Virus record (IMG/VR): IMGVR_UViG_3300035498_000956 | DNA length: 64,000 nt | Direction: 5' to 3' (one strand) | Source: a virus | Lineage: Duplodnaviria; Caudoviricetes | In this document: in pieces, positions 28,135 to 40,400 of the stretch | How the letters are laid out: each line of letters starts with the position of its first letter | Position numbering within the stretch: the first letter of the stretch is position 1 | Made by a program: the position numbers and the translations under genes | The notes under the pieces: generated by a model | What the model was told of the DNA's origin: nothing | Databases searched by the model: none | Seen by the model: only the letters and a program-made list of their open reading frames with translations

Positions 28135-30114
28135 ATGGCAAAAACTAAAAAAACAAATTTGGTTAATAATTCAATACAAAACTCGTGGCCTGGTTGGGAT
28201 AAGTGGGTTGGTGCATATTGGTATGGGGAAAATTCTAAGAAAAAAGAAGATGTTATTGAAAAGATTAAAAATGAAGGGCCATTGAATGATGCATTAAAAA
28301 AAGCAAATAATATAGTGAATACAGATATGAATCAATTAATAAATAATGATGACGAAGCTATTTTTTCTACACAATATAAAGAACTAATTGAATTAGAATT
28401 ATCTTTTTATAAACAACTTATAGGAGATCAAGATTCAGACAAAGATAATTATTTAAATAAAGATGATGGAGACAAAATTGATTTTTGGACAAGATATTTT
28501 TTCCTAGGAGAAAAAGATTCAAAAAATGAAAATAAATCTGATTTGTCATCTATAGTAGAACAGCCTATAATAAGTTTTAAAATTTTAATTTCATCTGAAG
28601 AATTTTTAAATTTAATGTCCTCTCAAAAAATTGATTTACATTTAACTAGTTTTATTCAAGAAAACAGCGGCGAAAGACCAACAGAACAAGATAAAAAAAA
28701 TGTTGTAAAAGATATTATAGAAGAAGGCTCAATTCAAACGGTATTGGAAACACCAGCAAAAGAGTATTTTGAAGAAACAATAAATAAGTATTTTGAACAA
28801 CTGTTATCAGAAAAGCAAATAGATCCAAAAACAATTTCAAAATTTAAAATAACATCAAAAGCAGAATCAAGGTCTATGCGAGAAGAAAAACAAGATATTA
28901 AAAAACAATTGAGCGATTACATACAAGTTTTAAAAAAAGATAAGCGTATTCAGTTTCAGGAAGAATCTTTACGAATAACGACACAACAAGGTAAATTAAT
29001 GATAAATATGCCCATTGATGTTGTTGGAGGATTATATGAGCAAGAAATTGAATCAGAACATAAAAAGAACTCTGCTAATTCTAATGATACATATACAGAA
29101 GATGATTATATTAACGGTTTTAAGAATGCCACAAATAAAGCTTTAATTCAATTACAAGAAAAAGATGGTAGTGTTATATTAACTGTTATGAATTTAGGAA
29201 AGCTTTATATATCAAAAGAGCAATATAAAGATTTTATTAATGCTATTAATAAGTTTTTAAACAGTGACTCTTTTGATGATCAGATAAAAAATGCGATTGT
29301 ATATTCAGAGGAAACAGAGATTAAAGGTGTTGCTAAATCTAATTTTGTTGGAAATATGGGAGAAATTGTTGGATATTTAAATAATTATTATGCTGGATTA
29401 GATCCTCAAATAACAGGAAAAATCTTTGATACAGGACAAGTTTTCAATGAAAAGACAAGCTTTGGAGAAAGTACATCTGATGTATTGGCAACAATTAAAA
29501 TAACGGGTCAAAAGGATGGAAACAATCAAATTGGTATTAATATAAAAAACTATACTTCAAAAATTGGTTCAACAAAATTTAAAATTTATGACGATAGTAG
29601 TGATCCAAAAAAACAAAACGGAATAAATTTAGGTAAGCAATATATTTTTAAATATTTACCACAAGATACAGTATTATTTTTACGTTATTATGATATTAAT
29701 AATAAAAATGAATTTCTTACTCCAAAAGCAAGTTTAGAAAATAGACAAAAGCTGATTTCTCTTGTTTCAACTATGAATTATTTTAATTTTATTAGAGGTC
29801 ATGCTGCGATAGAACCAGAAATTAGTAAGAATTTGTTTTATCAAATTAATAATTATATCATTCCAATTTCAGTAATATTAAAACAGCTTGATAAAGGCAT
29901 TTATGAAATTTTTAAAAAAGGTACTACGGATTCAGAACTTTTTAAAATTATTAGCCCTACTGATCAGTCAGATGCTATAATTAATGAAAAAAATCCAAAT
30001 ATAATGAATCGTACTTTAGATCAAAAAATATTAAATGATCAATTACATTTTTCTTCTGTATTATTTAATGGATTTACAATTGATTTATCAAGTACAAGAC
30101 TTATATTTAAATAA
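28135..30114 (+). CDS. Hypothetical protein, possible C-terminal PD-(D/E)xK-like fold
   Basis: 659 aa ORF; GE...SDVL...GINIKNY pattern only. Confidence 0.4.
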   Translation: MAKTKKTNLVNNSIQNSWPGWDKWVGAYWYGENSKKKEDVIEKIKNEGPLNDALKKANNIVNTDMNQLINNDDEAIFSTQYKELIELELSFYKQLIGDQDSDKDNYLNKDDGDKIDFWTRYFFLGEKDSKNENKSDLSSIVEQPIISFKILISSEEFLNLMSSQKIDLHLTSFIQENSGERPTEQDKKNVVKDIIEEGSIQTVLETPAKEYFEETINKYFEQLLSEKQIDPKTISKFKITSKAESRSMREEKQDIKKQLSDYIQVLKKDKRIQFQEESLRITTQQGKLMINMPIDVVGGLYEQEIESEHKKNSANSNDTYTEDDYINGFKNATNKALIQLQEKDGSVILTVMNLGKLYISKEQYKDFINAINKFLNSDSFDDQIKNAIVYSEETEIKGVAKSNFVGNMGEIVGYLNNYYAGLDPQITGKIFDTGQVFNEKTSFGESTSDVLATIKITGQKDGNNQIGINIKNYTSKIGSTKFKIYDDSSDPKKQNGINLGKQYIFKYLPQDTVLFLRYYDINNKNEFLTPKASLENRQKLISLVSTMNYFNFIRGHAAIEPEISKNLFYQINNYIIPISVILKQLDKGIYEIFKKGTTDSELFKIISPTDQSDAIINEKNPNIMNRTLDQKILNDQLHFSSVLFNGFTIDLSSTRLIFK

Positions 30115-30128
30115 TAGGAGTGAAGTAA

Positions 30129-31664
30129 ATGGCAACTACACAAACAATAGCCTTTAAAGGCACGTTCGATGCATCCGAAATAATCTCCTCTCTAAAGAAA
30201 ATCCGTTCTCAAATGGAATCTCAGGGAGCAGATACAAAACTTTTTGGAAATGTCGATACACAAATTAAAGCAATTGAAAAACAAGCTGAACAATTAGCAA
30301 AAAAAGCTAAGGAAGGTTTCAGTAATACAAAAGATATGGAGAATTATAATAAAGACGTTGCAAAACTTAATTCTCTATATGAACGTACTGCTCAAGACCT
30401 AGAAAAAATTAGTCAAAAAGTAGAATACACAGCACCAGAAGAATATATTCAAAAAGTTAAAGATGCTCAAAAAGCTTTACAAAGTTTAAAAGACGAAATT
30501 AAATCAACTCAACAACTTCAAAATCAACAGATAGTAACAAAATTTACTAGTGAAGGCGTTGGAGAAGATAGAGCAAAACAACTAGCTGAAAGTATTAGTG
30601 ACCAAGAAAAATTCAATAGTCTATTAGAAGAAGAACGTCAAACTCGTCAAGAAATCTATGACTTAGAAACAAAAGAAGCTGAAGAAGCCGCAGCAAAGAA
30701 TGCAATTGAAACTAAAACAGTTGACTTAAGCTCATCAAACTATAAAGTTAGTAAACAAAGAACTAGTACAAACCTTCCAAGTTTAACTGGTAATACAGAA
30801 GAGGGTGCACAATCTGACTGGAAGGCAAGAAAAGACAACCAACGACACGTCGATTATTCAACTTTTAATGATAGAGCAAATAGTGAAGCAACTCAACTTT
30901 ATCAACAAGCTTTATCAGATGTTACAAGTGGAGCGAAAGAAACTCAAACTGCAATTCAAGATTTGATTAATACTTTTTCTAGCTATGGCGCAATTATAGA
31001 AAATCAAGAAGAGTTTACTCAACAGTTTGTTGCAGATTTACAAGATGTACAACAAGCGGCTGAAAATGCAAGTACGAATGTTGAACACACTTTTGATACT
31101 TCAACAAGTGCAAATGGTATTAATTATGCCGCTGAAGGATCGACTGAAGCTGCTGACCTTGAAACGTATAGACAACAAGAAGCAGCACTTGCCACTGTTA
31201 ATCAAAGATTGAGTGAACAAGCAGCTGCAGAAGCAAATGTACAGGCGGCAGAACAAGCAAGAGATCAAGCAGCGTCTGAAGCTAATGAGACAATAACGAC
31301 TGGATTAGAGAATGGCGTTACAAGTATGAATGAGTATACCACAGCTGTTCAAAAATCTGTTGAGCAACAAAAAGAGGAATCTGCAGCTCAAGAAAAAATT
31401 AATGCCGCTTTTGATAATTTAAAAAATAGAGTTACTCAAATCTTGTCCATTGGTAACGCTTGGAATCAAGTTAAACAACAAATTCAAGCAACGACTCAAG
31501 ACTTAGCAGAATTGGATGCTAGTTTTGCTTCTATAGCAATGGTTACTGATTATGATGTTAGCGATATGTGGAGTAGCTATGGTGACTATGCTGCAATGGC
31601 TAATGAACTTGGTCAATCTACTAAAGACGTAATAGCATCGAGTGCACTTTTCTACCAACAAGGG
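30129..31664 (+). CDS. Tape measure protein, exon 1 of 4 (spliced: 30129-31664 + 32909-33192 + 33479-33508 + 34410-40818, 2752 aa)
   Basis: Ala/Gln/Glu coiled coil leading into a TP901-type TMP core ending LFYQQG. Confidence 0.85.
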
Positions 31665-31691
31665 AAACCTAGATTATAAAAATGGATAGTA

Positions 31692-31720
31692 TTGACTATT
31701 TTTGTATCCTATGATATAAT
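31692..31720 (+). promoter_or_regulatory. Intron-internal sigmaA promoter for the HNH gene
   Basis: TTGACT, 17 bp, TG-a-TATAAT. Confidence 0.8.
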
Positions 31721-31784
31721 ATATACATACTAAGAAAGAGATCTTAGTATAAAATATAAAATAATATATCGGAGGAATTAAATT

Positions 31785-32588
31785 ATGAGTGAAACAAAAA
31801 GAATTATGATTGATGGACAGGAAACAGACTATACAATTAATACAGAAGGCATAGTTATAAATCTTAAAACCAAGAGAGAATTAAAAGGAACTCTAGCGAG
31901 AAATGAATATCGTAATGTACAACTTACTATTAATGGTAAAGCAAAAAGCGTGATGGTACATCGTTTAGTAGCAGAAACTTTCATACCAAATCCTAATAAT
32001 TATTCAATGGTAAGCCATATTGATGGTAATAAGTATAATAATAATGTTGATAATCTTCAATGGTGTGAAGAACCAATAAAAAAGAATAAAATTAATGCAG
32101 TGACTAAAGTTAGTGTTGATAATGTAGAATGGAGACCTCTTAAAGGATTTGAAGGTATATATGAAATTTCTAATAATGGTGTTATAAAAAATTGTGTAAC
32201 TAAAAAATTATCTTATGGCACAAAGCGTAATGGATATGTCCGTTTTAATTTACAAGACAAAATGTTTTCTGCACATAGATTAGTTTGGGAAACTTTTAAA
32301 GGTGAAATTCCTAAAGATTATGTAATTGATCATATAGATGGTAATCGTTCAAATAATGATTTGAGCAATTTAAGATGTATTACTAATTCAGAAAATATGA
32401 TAAATGCTCAAAAGAATGGTCATAAAGGTCAGCATAAAGTTGCTCAATATGACAAAAACCATAATTTAATAAAAGAATGGCCAAGTTTTACTACCGCCGC
32501 AAAAGAATATGGTGTCACTTATGCTGCTATTAGTAGTGCAGCTAAGCGACATGGAATGAGTTGCGGATTTTATTGGGAAGAAATATAA
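31785..32588 (+). CDS. Intron-encoded HNH homing endonuclease (tandem NUMOD4/HNH)
   Basis: VHRLVAETF...SHIDGNKYNNNVDNL and IDHIDGNRSNNDLSNL; GGAGG RBS. Confidence 0.9.
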   Translation: MSETKRIMIDGQETDYTINTEGIVINLKTKRELKGTLARNEYRNVQLTINGKAKSVMVHRLVAETFIPNPNNYSMVSHIDGNKYNNNVDNLQWCEEPIKKNKINAVTKVSVDNVEWRPLKGFEGIYEISNNGVIKNCVTKKLSYGTKRNGYVRFNLQDKMFSAHRLVWETFKGEIPKDYVIDHIDGNRSNNDLSNLRCITNSENMINAQKNGHKGQHKVAQYDKNHNLIKEWPSFTTAAKEYGVTYAAISSAAKRHGMSCGFYWEEI

Positions 32589-32908
32589 TTCTTCCCTACC
32601 AACCCTTGAAAATCATTGGATTGCTGGAAGGTCCTTAAATCTTTATTACCAAACGAAATTAGTAATAATTTCGCGGCTGATTGTAGATAAGGTATGGTGA
32701 TAATATAAAGATTTGGAAAATCAGCAGCTAAGTTTCCTATTGATTTTAGGAAAAAAGTTCAACGACTAACAGTCGGTCAAGGACTGTGTAGGATCAAGTG
32801 ATCCGAAGTAGTGATACCTTTATGGTTTGATATAGTCTCAACTTCTATAGAGATATAGAGTAGTATAAACTAGTTTAAAAAGTAACGTTTTTAAAAATAA
32901 GAAAATTG

Positions 32909-33192
32909 TTGGATACAAATGAAGCGTTAAGTTTGACAACCAATACCATGAAATTGGCTACTTTATCTGGTAGTGATTTTAGTACAGCAACAGAACAAAT
33001 GACAGCGGCACTTCGTGGATTTAATATGGAAATGGATGAAGGCTCAAGAGTAACAGACGTTTATTCATCTCTAGCTGCAAGCGCAGCGGCAGACGTTGAT
33101 GGTATAGCATACGCTATGAGTAAAACAGCGTCAATTGCTGCGAATGCAGGTATGGACTTTGAAACTACGTCTGCTTTTATTACTCAAATGAT
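32909..33192 (+). CDS. Tape measure protein, exon 2
   Basis: LDTNEAL...MTAALRGFNME...AMSKTASIA...TQM-AT, TP901-type core. Confidence 0.85.
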
Positions 33193-33478
33193 TAACGTGA
33201 CTTAAGTCACAAAAGTCCCTTATAATAGTAATATTATATTGAACCGTGAATATGCGGGAAAGCCCTTAGAGCTTTACTTACTAAGTATTTTATAATATGG
33301 TGAGAGTAATGACCTCAGTATAGTAACAATAGTAAAGATTGGGTAATCCGCAGGGATTGGAATATTTAATTTCAAGCCCTCAACGACTACCAAGCGGTAT
33401 CCAAGTAATAATGGATAATGGTATAGTCTACTCCGACCTTATAGGTGTTAAAGTATCTTGAAAAAGACGGTAGAAAGG
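33193..33478 (+). ncRNA. Group I intron TMP-I2 (286 nt, no ORF)
   Basis: AATATGCGGGAA, AATCCGCAG, CTCAACGACTA, GGTATAGTCT; 5' exon ends in U; terminal G33478; restores MIETTQE. P1 is short, so the 5' boundary is less certain. Confidence 0.8.
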
Positions 33479-33508
33479 AGAAACAACTCAAGAAGCGCCT
33501 GAAAACAT
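33479..33508 (+). CDS. Tape measure protein, exon 3 (30-nt micro-exon encoding (I)ETTQEAPEN(I))
   Basis: Bridges exons 2 and 4 in frame to give TQMIETTQEAPENIGTAMKTIIARF. Confidence 0.8.
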
Positions 33509-34409
33509 CAAGTACGGTGTCCTTGCAGCATAATACATAAACTGCATTGAATAACTCTTTCTAATTGACTTGGACATCCAGCAGTGGATAACAGGGCGGA
33601 AGCTCATCGAGATTGCTCGAATAAGCACCGTGAACGACTGAGTGAAAGAGGCCCATGTCAATGGGCGTGCGACAGTCTCAACTTTAGTATAACAAAAAGA
33701 AGCTAAAGGCACTATATGTGCAGAATTATAAATTTAATAAGTTTAATATTTAAAGGAGAATTAAATATGATTTATGAACGCAATTCAAATGTTTTTGAGA
33801 AGATTGATTCAGAAGAAAAAGCTTATTGGCTAGGTTTTTTATACGCTGACGGATATGTTGATCCAGAACGAGGTGAATTAATTCTAGGATTGGCAGACAA
33901 AGATAAAGAACATATAGTAAAATTTCAAAACTTTTTAGAAACAAATGCACCATATAAAGATAAAATTAATAATCAAAATAAACCTTATCGTTTTTTTAGG
34001 TTATATGATCAAAAAATCTGTTTAGATTTAGAAAAACAAGGTTTATACAGAAAAAAATCGTTAACTTTAACACCTCAAATGCAAATGTCAAATGAGTTAT
34101 TAATTCATTGGAGCAGAGGATTATTTGATGGCGATGGTAGTATTTATCCACAAAAAAATAGTGTTAATTCAATTAGATATCGAATTAATTTGGTTGGAAC
34201 AGAAGATATATTAAATTATGTAATGAATTTATGGCAAATTAATAAGAAATTAGATAGAAATAGAAGTGTTCCAAAATTTGTAGTAAGTGGAAAACGAGAA
34301 GTAAATAAAATTTTACATATGTTATATGATGATGCTTCTATCTATTTAGATAGAAAATATCAATTGGCGAAAAAAGCTATAGAGCAAAATTTATAATTTG
34401 AAGATATTG
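33509..34409 (+). mobile_element. Group I intron TMP-I3 with a LAGLIDADG gene in its 3' (P9) region
   Basis: P1 ACAU/GUGU; P3 CTCTTTC/GAAAGAG; P7 GACTG/CAGTC; terminal G34409. Confidence 0.85.
33767..34396 (+). CDS. Intron-encoded LAGLIDADG homing endonuclease (two motifs)
   Basis: YWLGFLYADG and WSRGLFDGDG; AAGGAG RBS gives start 33767. Confidence 0.9.
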   Translation: MIYERNSNVFEKIDSEEKAYWLGFLYADGYVDPERGELILGLADKDKEHIVKFQNFLETNAPYKDKINNQNKPYRFFRLYDQKICLDLEKQGLYRKKSLTLTPQMQMSNELLIHWSRGLFDGDGSIYPQKNSVNSIRYRINLVGTEDILNYVMNLWQINKKLDRNRSVPKFVVSGKREVNKILHMLYDDASIYLDRKYQLAKKAIEQNL

Positions 34410-37400
34410 CGGTACAGCAATGAAAACCATCATTGCAAGATTTACAGAATTAAAAGAAAATGTATCTGCAGCAGATAGTGAATTTGATGATCTTGATTAT
34501 AATGATGTAGATACAGCATTAAAGTCTGTTGGTATTTCAATTAAAGATGCTAGTGGTCAATTTAGAGATCTAGATGATGTCTTTCTTGAATTGGCAGAAA
34601 AATGGGATACACTTGATAGAAATACTCAACGTTATATCGCAACTACCGCGGCGGGTAGTAGGCAACAGTCGAGATTTATTGCAATGATGAGTGATTATGA
34701 TAGAACACTTGAATTACAAGCAACAGCTTATGAGTCAACTGGACAATCAACTGTACAATTTAATAAATATCAAGATACTGTTCAATATAAAATTGAACAA
34801 ATTCAAAATACTTGGGAGCAATTAAGAGTTTCGTTATTGGATCAGGATGTTTATAAAGATGCTTTAGATTTAGGTAATAAATTATTAAGTGGGATTAAAA
34901 AAGATATTAGTATAAAAGATTTGGCATTTATTGCTGTAATCGGCTTAACAGTTGGTAAAAACTTTGTTTCTCAATTTATTAATGGCATGAAAACAAATAT
35001 TGGAACTGTAGCAGATGTTTTTAACAAACAGGTTACTCCTGCATTTAAAACAGCTGCAAGTACAGCTGGTAATTCTATTAATACAGGAATAGCGACAGTT
35101 TTAAGCAAAAGTAAGATAGGAACAAAAGTTAGTAGTTTAATTTTTTCTGATAATGCAAAAAAACAATTAGAGCAAAATCTTCAACAAGCAACAAGCGCAT
35201 TTAATCAACAAATGGAAAAAATTAATACTCAATTTTTAGAATTAACTAATAGACAAAAGAATCTTTTTTCTTTAGCTGATCAGCCTATTTCTGCTCAAGC
35301 ATTAACTGATTTTTATACTAAATTACAACAAGTTGGTTCTGTTACGGAATTAACAGAAACAGAAGTAAATGAATTATATAAAAAAATGGGTGGAACTGAA
35401 GAACTTACTGCTGGCACTGCAGCATATGATCAGTTCGTTGCAAAATTACAACAAATGGGAGTAGTTCTTCAGCAAGATATAACTAATGAGGAAAATACGA
35501 CTACAGCTTTACGACAATATATTCAAGCAGTCAGAGAAGGGTCAGCATCTAGTCAACAATTACAGCAAGCAACTCAAAATTTAAGTAATTCTTTTGGTGC
35601 TCTTGGTCCAGTAGTTAATAGTGCAGCAAGTGCAATAAAAGGTGCATTTAAATCTTCAATAGGATCTGCAATTACTAGTGGAATTATTACTGCTATTTCT
35701 ACAGGAGATTTTTCAACTGCTTTAAAGACAACTGGTTTAACTTTAGTAACAGGCATGATTTCTCAATTAGTTCCTCAATTTATATCTTTTTTAGGAAAGC
35801 AACTCGCCGCGTTTATCCCTACACTTATTCCTATATTATCAAATCCAGCCGCTCTAGCTGCTATAGCAATAGGAACAGTTGTAGTTGTTGGCTTAGGTGC
35901 ACTAATTTATAATTATTATAAGAAAAACAATGTATGGACTTCTTTATCTGAGAGCTTAGATGCAGAGATTTCAACTATGAAAAAAAATCTTGAAGATTTA
36001 AAAGAAGCTGCCGAAACTACTACATCTACAGCAAAAGCAGATCAACAAGCAGTTTCAACAATGGAGAGTGTAAAAAAAGAATGGGATGAATTAAATAATA
36101 AAATTAGTTTAACTGAGGATGAACAAGAAAGATACAATGAGTTAGTTGAAACAATAAATGATGAATATTCAGATACAGTTGCATATTATGATGAAATGAA
36201 TAATAAATTAATTATTAGTGAAGATTTGTGGAATCAGCAATTAGAAGATGCAAAAGAAATTGCGGAATTATCTCAAGCAATAGCTCTTGGCACTCAGAGT
36301 AATGTAAATGCAGAAGAATATGAACTTGAAAAAACAAAAAATCAAAAAGCTAAACTTCAATTAGAAGGCGGTTTTTATACTAAGACTAATGAGAATGGAG
36401 ATACTACATACACTACAGATATTTATGAGACAGGTACTTCTGCTGATTTTTCAGCTTTACAAGATGTTATCAATCAAGGATTAACAGATTATGATAGTAT
36501 TAGTCAAGCAATAAATGATAATTATTCGACCGCCATTGCCTCAGGTCGTATAGCAGCAGATGATAATAAAGCTGATGAAATTAATCAAATGTTAAAATTA
36601 TTTGACGATTATTATAAAGAGCATGGTACACAAGGAGAAGTTGATCTTTCTTATGTGCTGCAACAAATTTTAGATAATAATCAAGATGCGTTAGAATTTT
36701 ATCAACAAATATTAGACGAGCAAGAGGGAATTGATGACATTATTAATGAAGCAGATGAAGCGTCTAACCAACGATATATAGAATCACAACGTCAAAATTA
36801 TCAAAGTAATATTACTGCAACAGTAGGAGCAACGCAAGCTAGTATGGTAACAAATACTGATGCAGCTGATGAGCTTATTGAATTACAACGTTTATTACTT
36901 GAAGATGATCAAGAGGCAATAGAAAAAACTAGTCAATATATTAATGAAGAATTTAAATCATTAACCAATTTAGATCCAGCAGCACTCTCTGAAGGCTCAG
37001 ATTTTATGTCATCATTAATAAATGCAGAAGATTTTTCGAGTGCGGCCGAAGCTGTAAACTTATCCGAAGAAACATTATCAGCAATCACAGGCTTAACTGC
37101 AGATACATTTGTTAACATGAGAGGAGATGCAGAACATTTAGCAAAACTTATTAGAGATAATACATTTACTCAGTATATTGAAAATGATATGCAAACTGCA
37201 GCAGAAGAAATTCCAGAGCAATTAGTTGATAGCTTTGCTGAAGTAAGTGAAAATATAAGCACAATGTCTCTTGATGAATACCAGCAAAGTATTCAAAAGT
37301 TAGAAGGTCAATATGGAGATGCTTATAAAGACAATATTGAATCTGCAGCTACTGTTGATTATGAACAATATGCAAATATGTTTTTAACACAGAATGAAGG

Positions 37401-40400
37401 CGGACAAATTACTGGAGGATTTTTCTCTAATCTATTTACGTCAGAAGATGCAGCAACTGCTTTTACTGATGCAATAAAAAATGGAGATTTTGAAGCTGCT
37501 GGAGATGCTCTTAGAGATCAAGGCCAGGGTATGTGGGCGGATCTTTTTACTCAAATTGATCCTACAACTATCTCAACAATGTCCAATTTTATTGCTAATA
37601 ATGTTACTGGAGATGAAGCTCAAGCACAAGCCAAAGAAAAACTTCAAACAATGTTGACTAATATATTAAATGACGAGGATAGTGTATTATCAGAAAATGA
37701 ATTAGATTTGATATTAAATGCAAATGTTAACTGGGACGAAGTGAATCCTTTAAATGTAGAAGAAACAATGGAAGACTTGGCCGAACAGCTAATGACAGAT
37801 TCAAGTGGTGCTCTTAGTTTTAATGAAGCTTTAGAAAAAGTTAAATCAGTGTTTGGAGATATTAATGATTTAGTAGGTTCATTTGAATATGGATCAGCAA
37901 CTGCTTTTAATACATTAATCACATCAGCAAAAGAAGCAGGAGAAACAATGGTTACTCAAGCTGATACAATTACTTCAATAATGGATGAGATTGATACGTC
38001 TATTGGCTTAACTAGAGAACAATTAAACACTCTCGATGAAGCTGGATTAAGTGATGTGTATGAATTAGATATTGATACTGGTAAATTTGAAATTAAAATG
38101 GAGAAAGTGCAAAATCTATTTTCAGAAACAATTGCAACAAATGAAGAAGCATTGAAAAAAGAATTAGGAACTGAACAAGAACGTTTAAATACTGTAACAT
38201 CTCAAATTCAAGAATTAGATAATAAAATAGCAAATTATAAAAAATTAGGTATGGATACTACTGAATTAGAAGAAGAAAAAACTGAGTTACTAAAAGAACA
38301 ATCGACTTTAACAGATCAAATTGCAGAACGAACAGAAGAGGCAGAAAAAGAAATCTCATTAGAATTTCAAAATCAAGTTTCACTACTTGAAGCAATAAAA
38401 GAAACAATTCAAGAGGCACAAGATGCAGTAGATGAAGCGGAAAAAACTTTAAAAGAAAAACAAGAAGCATATGATGAAGCAAAAGAAGCAGCAGACAATG
38501 CAGCAGCAGTACGAGAAAAAGCTATTGCTGATGCATATGAAGAAGAAGCTAAAACGATTAAAGAAGCAGAAGAAGCTGCAGAGAGTGCTTTAAAATCATT
38601 ACAAGATGCGTATGATACTTTAGCAGATGCCCAAGAAAAACTTGCAGAAGCTCAAGAAGATTTATATGAAGCAATTCATGGTTCTGCTGATTGGGATAGC
38701 GGCCTTGAACGATTAGATTCAGCAAATCAAATGTTAACTGGATTAAATACTCGTTTAAAAACCTTAAAATCAAATATGGAAGATGCTTCAGATTTGGATA
38801 GTATGGTTTCTAGTACAGAAGCCTATATTGCGGCACAAAAAGAAAAAATGAATTTACTTGAAGCAGAAAAACAATCTACACAACAAAGTTTAGATAATAT
38901 GTTATCTGACCTTTATAGTAATGACGCATATGCCAATGTTCGTGATTCAGTTCAATTCACTGTTGATGGACGAATGATGCTTGACACCAGTGCTCTTGAA
39001 AATGCAGATGCAAGTGATGCTATTAAAGATGCATTAGTAAAATTACAAGCAGAATATAATAAAGAAGTAGACTCAATGGCAACTGCAACTGAAGAAATGG
39101 AAGCTCTTGAAGATGAATGGGAGAACTATTATACAACAGCATTAAAAAATTATATATCAACTCAAGATAAAGTAGTTAAAATTTTAAAAGAAAATGCTCA
39201 AGCAGAGATAGATGCAGTACAAGATAAATATGATAATTTAAAAGAGGCAGATGATGATTATATCAGTGCTCTACAGGATGCAATTCAGAAACAACGTGAT
39301 TTAAGAGATCAAGCAAGTCAATATGAAGAATTAGCAACAAAAGAAAAGAAATTATCTTTAATGTCAAGAGATACCTCTGGAGCTAATCAAAAAGAAGTTG
39401 CAACACTTGAGGATGAAGTTGAAAACACTCGTCAATCATTACTTGATAAAGAAGTTGATAATTTAATTTCCTCTATGCAAGAAATGTATGAAACTCAACA
39501 AAAGGCAAGAGAAGAAGAAATTGAATATTTAAACGCTTTGATGGAAACTACTGATTGGTGGATTCAAGCTAATGAAATTATTCAGGGATGGACAGATTCT
39601 GCTGATGCTGTTGAATGGTTTATGAGCAATGATTCATCTGTTCAAGACATGAGTACTGAAGCTCAAGTTCAATATGCACAAGAAGCTGAAACTGATTATA
39701 CAAATGCTATTAGTCTTGAAGCTGTTCAACAAGTATTAGCTGATGTTGGAGGTAGCATTACAGATGCAATTCAAGCAGATGTGGATAGTGTTAATGAAAT
39801 ACTTACAACATTAAATATTAGTACTGAAGTAGGAAACCAAGTGCTAGAAGCTGGTGTAGTTGCTAGAGATGAGGCTATAGAAACAGCTCAAACAGCTATT
39901 GAATCTGCACAAGAAACAGTTACTAATGCTGAAGAAAATTTAGTAAAAATGCAAACTGCTTATCAAGAAGCTTTGGATGACGTGACTACAAAAACACAAG
40001 AAGCTGCAGAAACTAGAGCACAAGCAGTTAAAGATGCTTATGATACAGAGTCGACTACTTTAGAAGCATTAACCACTGCAGAACAAGATTTGTCAACAGC
40101 TCAAGCAGATCTTGATACTGCTACTCAAAATTTAGATGAAGCATTGAAAGGATTAGGTACAGATGCTGCGACTGTAATATCTGGTATTGATGAACAAATT
40201 CGTCAATTACAGAACAATTGTGTGCAGTATATACAAGATTTAGAAAATCAAAGGATGTCCGAAGCTTCAGAACGATATTACGTTAGTGTTAATGGAAAAG
40301 ATGATTTGGAAAGCCTACATAGTTTAGAAGCTTCTGGTACTCCTCTTAGTAATGAAAACTGGTTTACTAGTGAGCAAGAGGCACAAGATTTTATCAATTC

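Larger units (their letters stand above)
31665..32908 (+). mobile_element. Group I intron TMP-I1 with an HNH gene inserted in the P1 loop
   Basis: IGS CCAACCCTTG (32599-32608) is the exact complement of the ligated junction CAAGGG|TTGG; core GATTGCTGGAA, AATCAGCAG, GTTCAACGACTA, GATATAGTCT; terminal G32908. Confidence 0.85.

Noticed and set aside
33194-33488. Alternative TMP junction giving MINVT|QEAP
   Set aside because: The intron would not end in G. The AT|A junction keeps a 5' U and a terminal G and yields IETT. The competing GTGAC/GTCAC hairpin leaves slight doubt.
33488-33712. Minus-strand 74-aa ORF (and likewise 51541-51801 and 52350-52544)
   Set aside because: Antisense to intron cores or exons; they are shadows of structured RNA and coding sequence.
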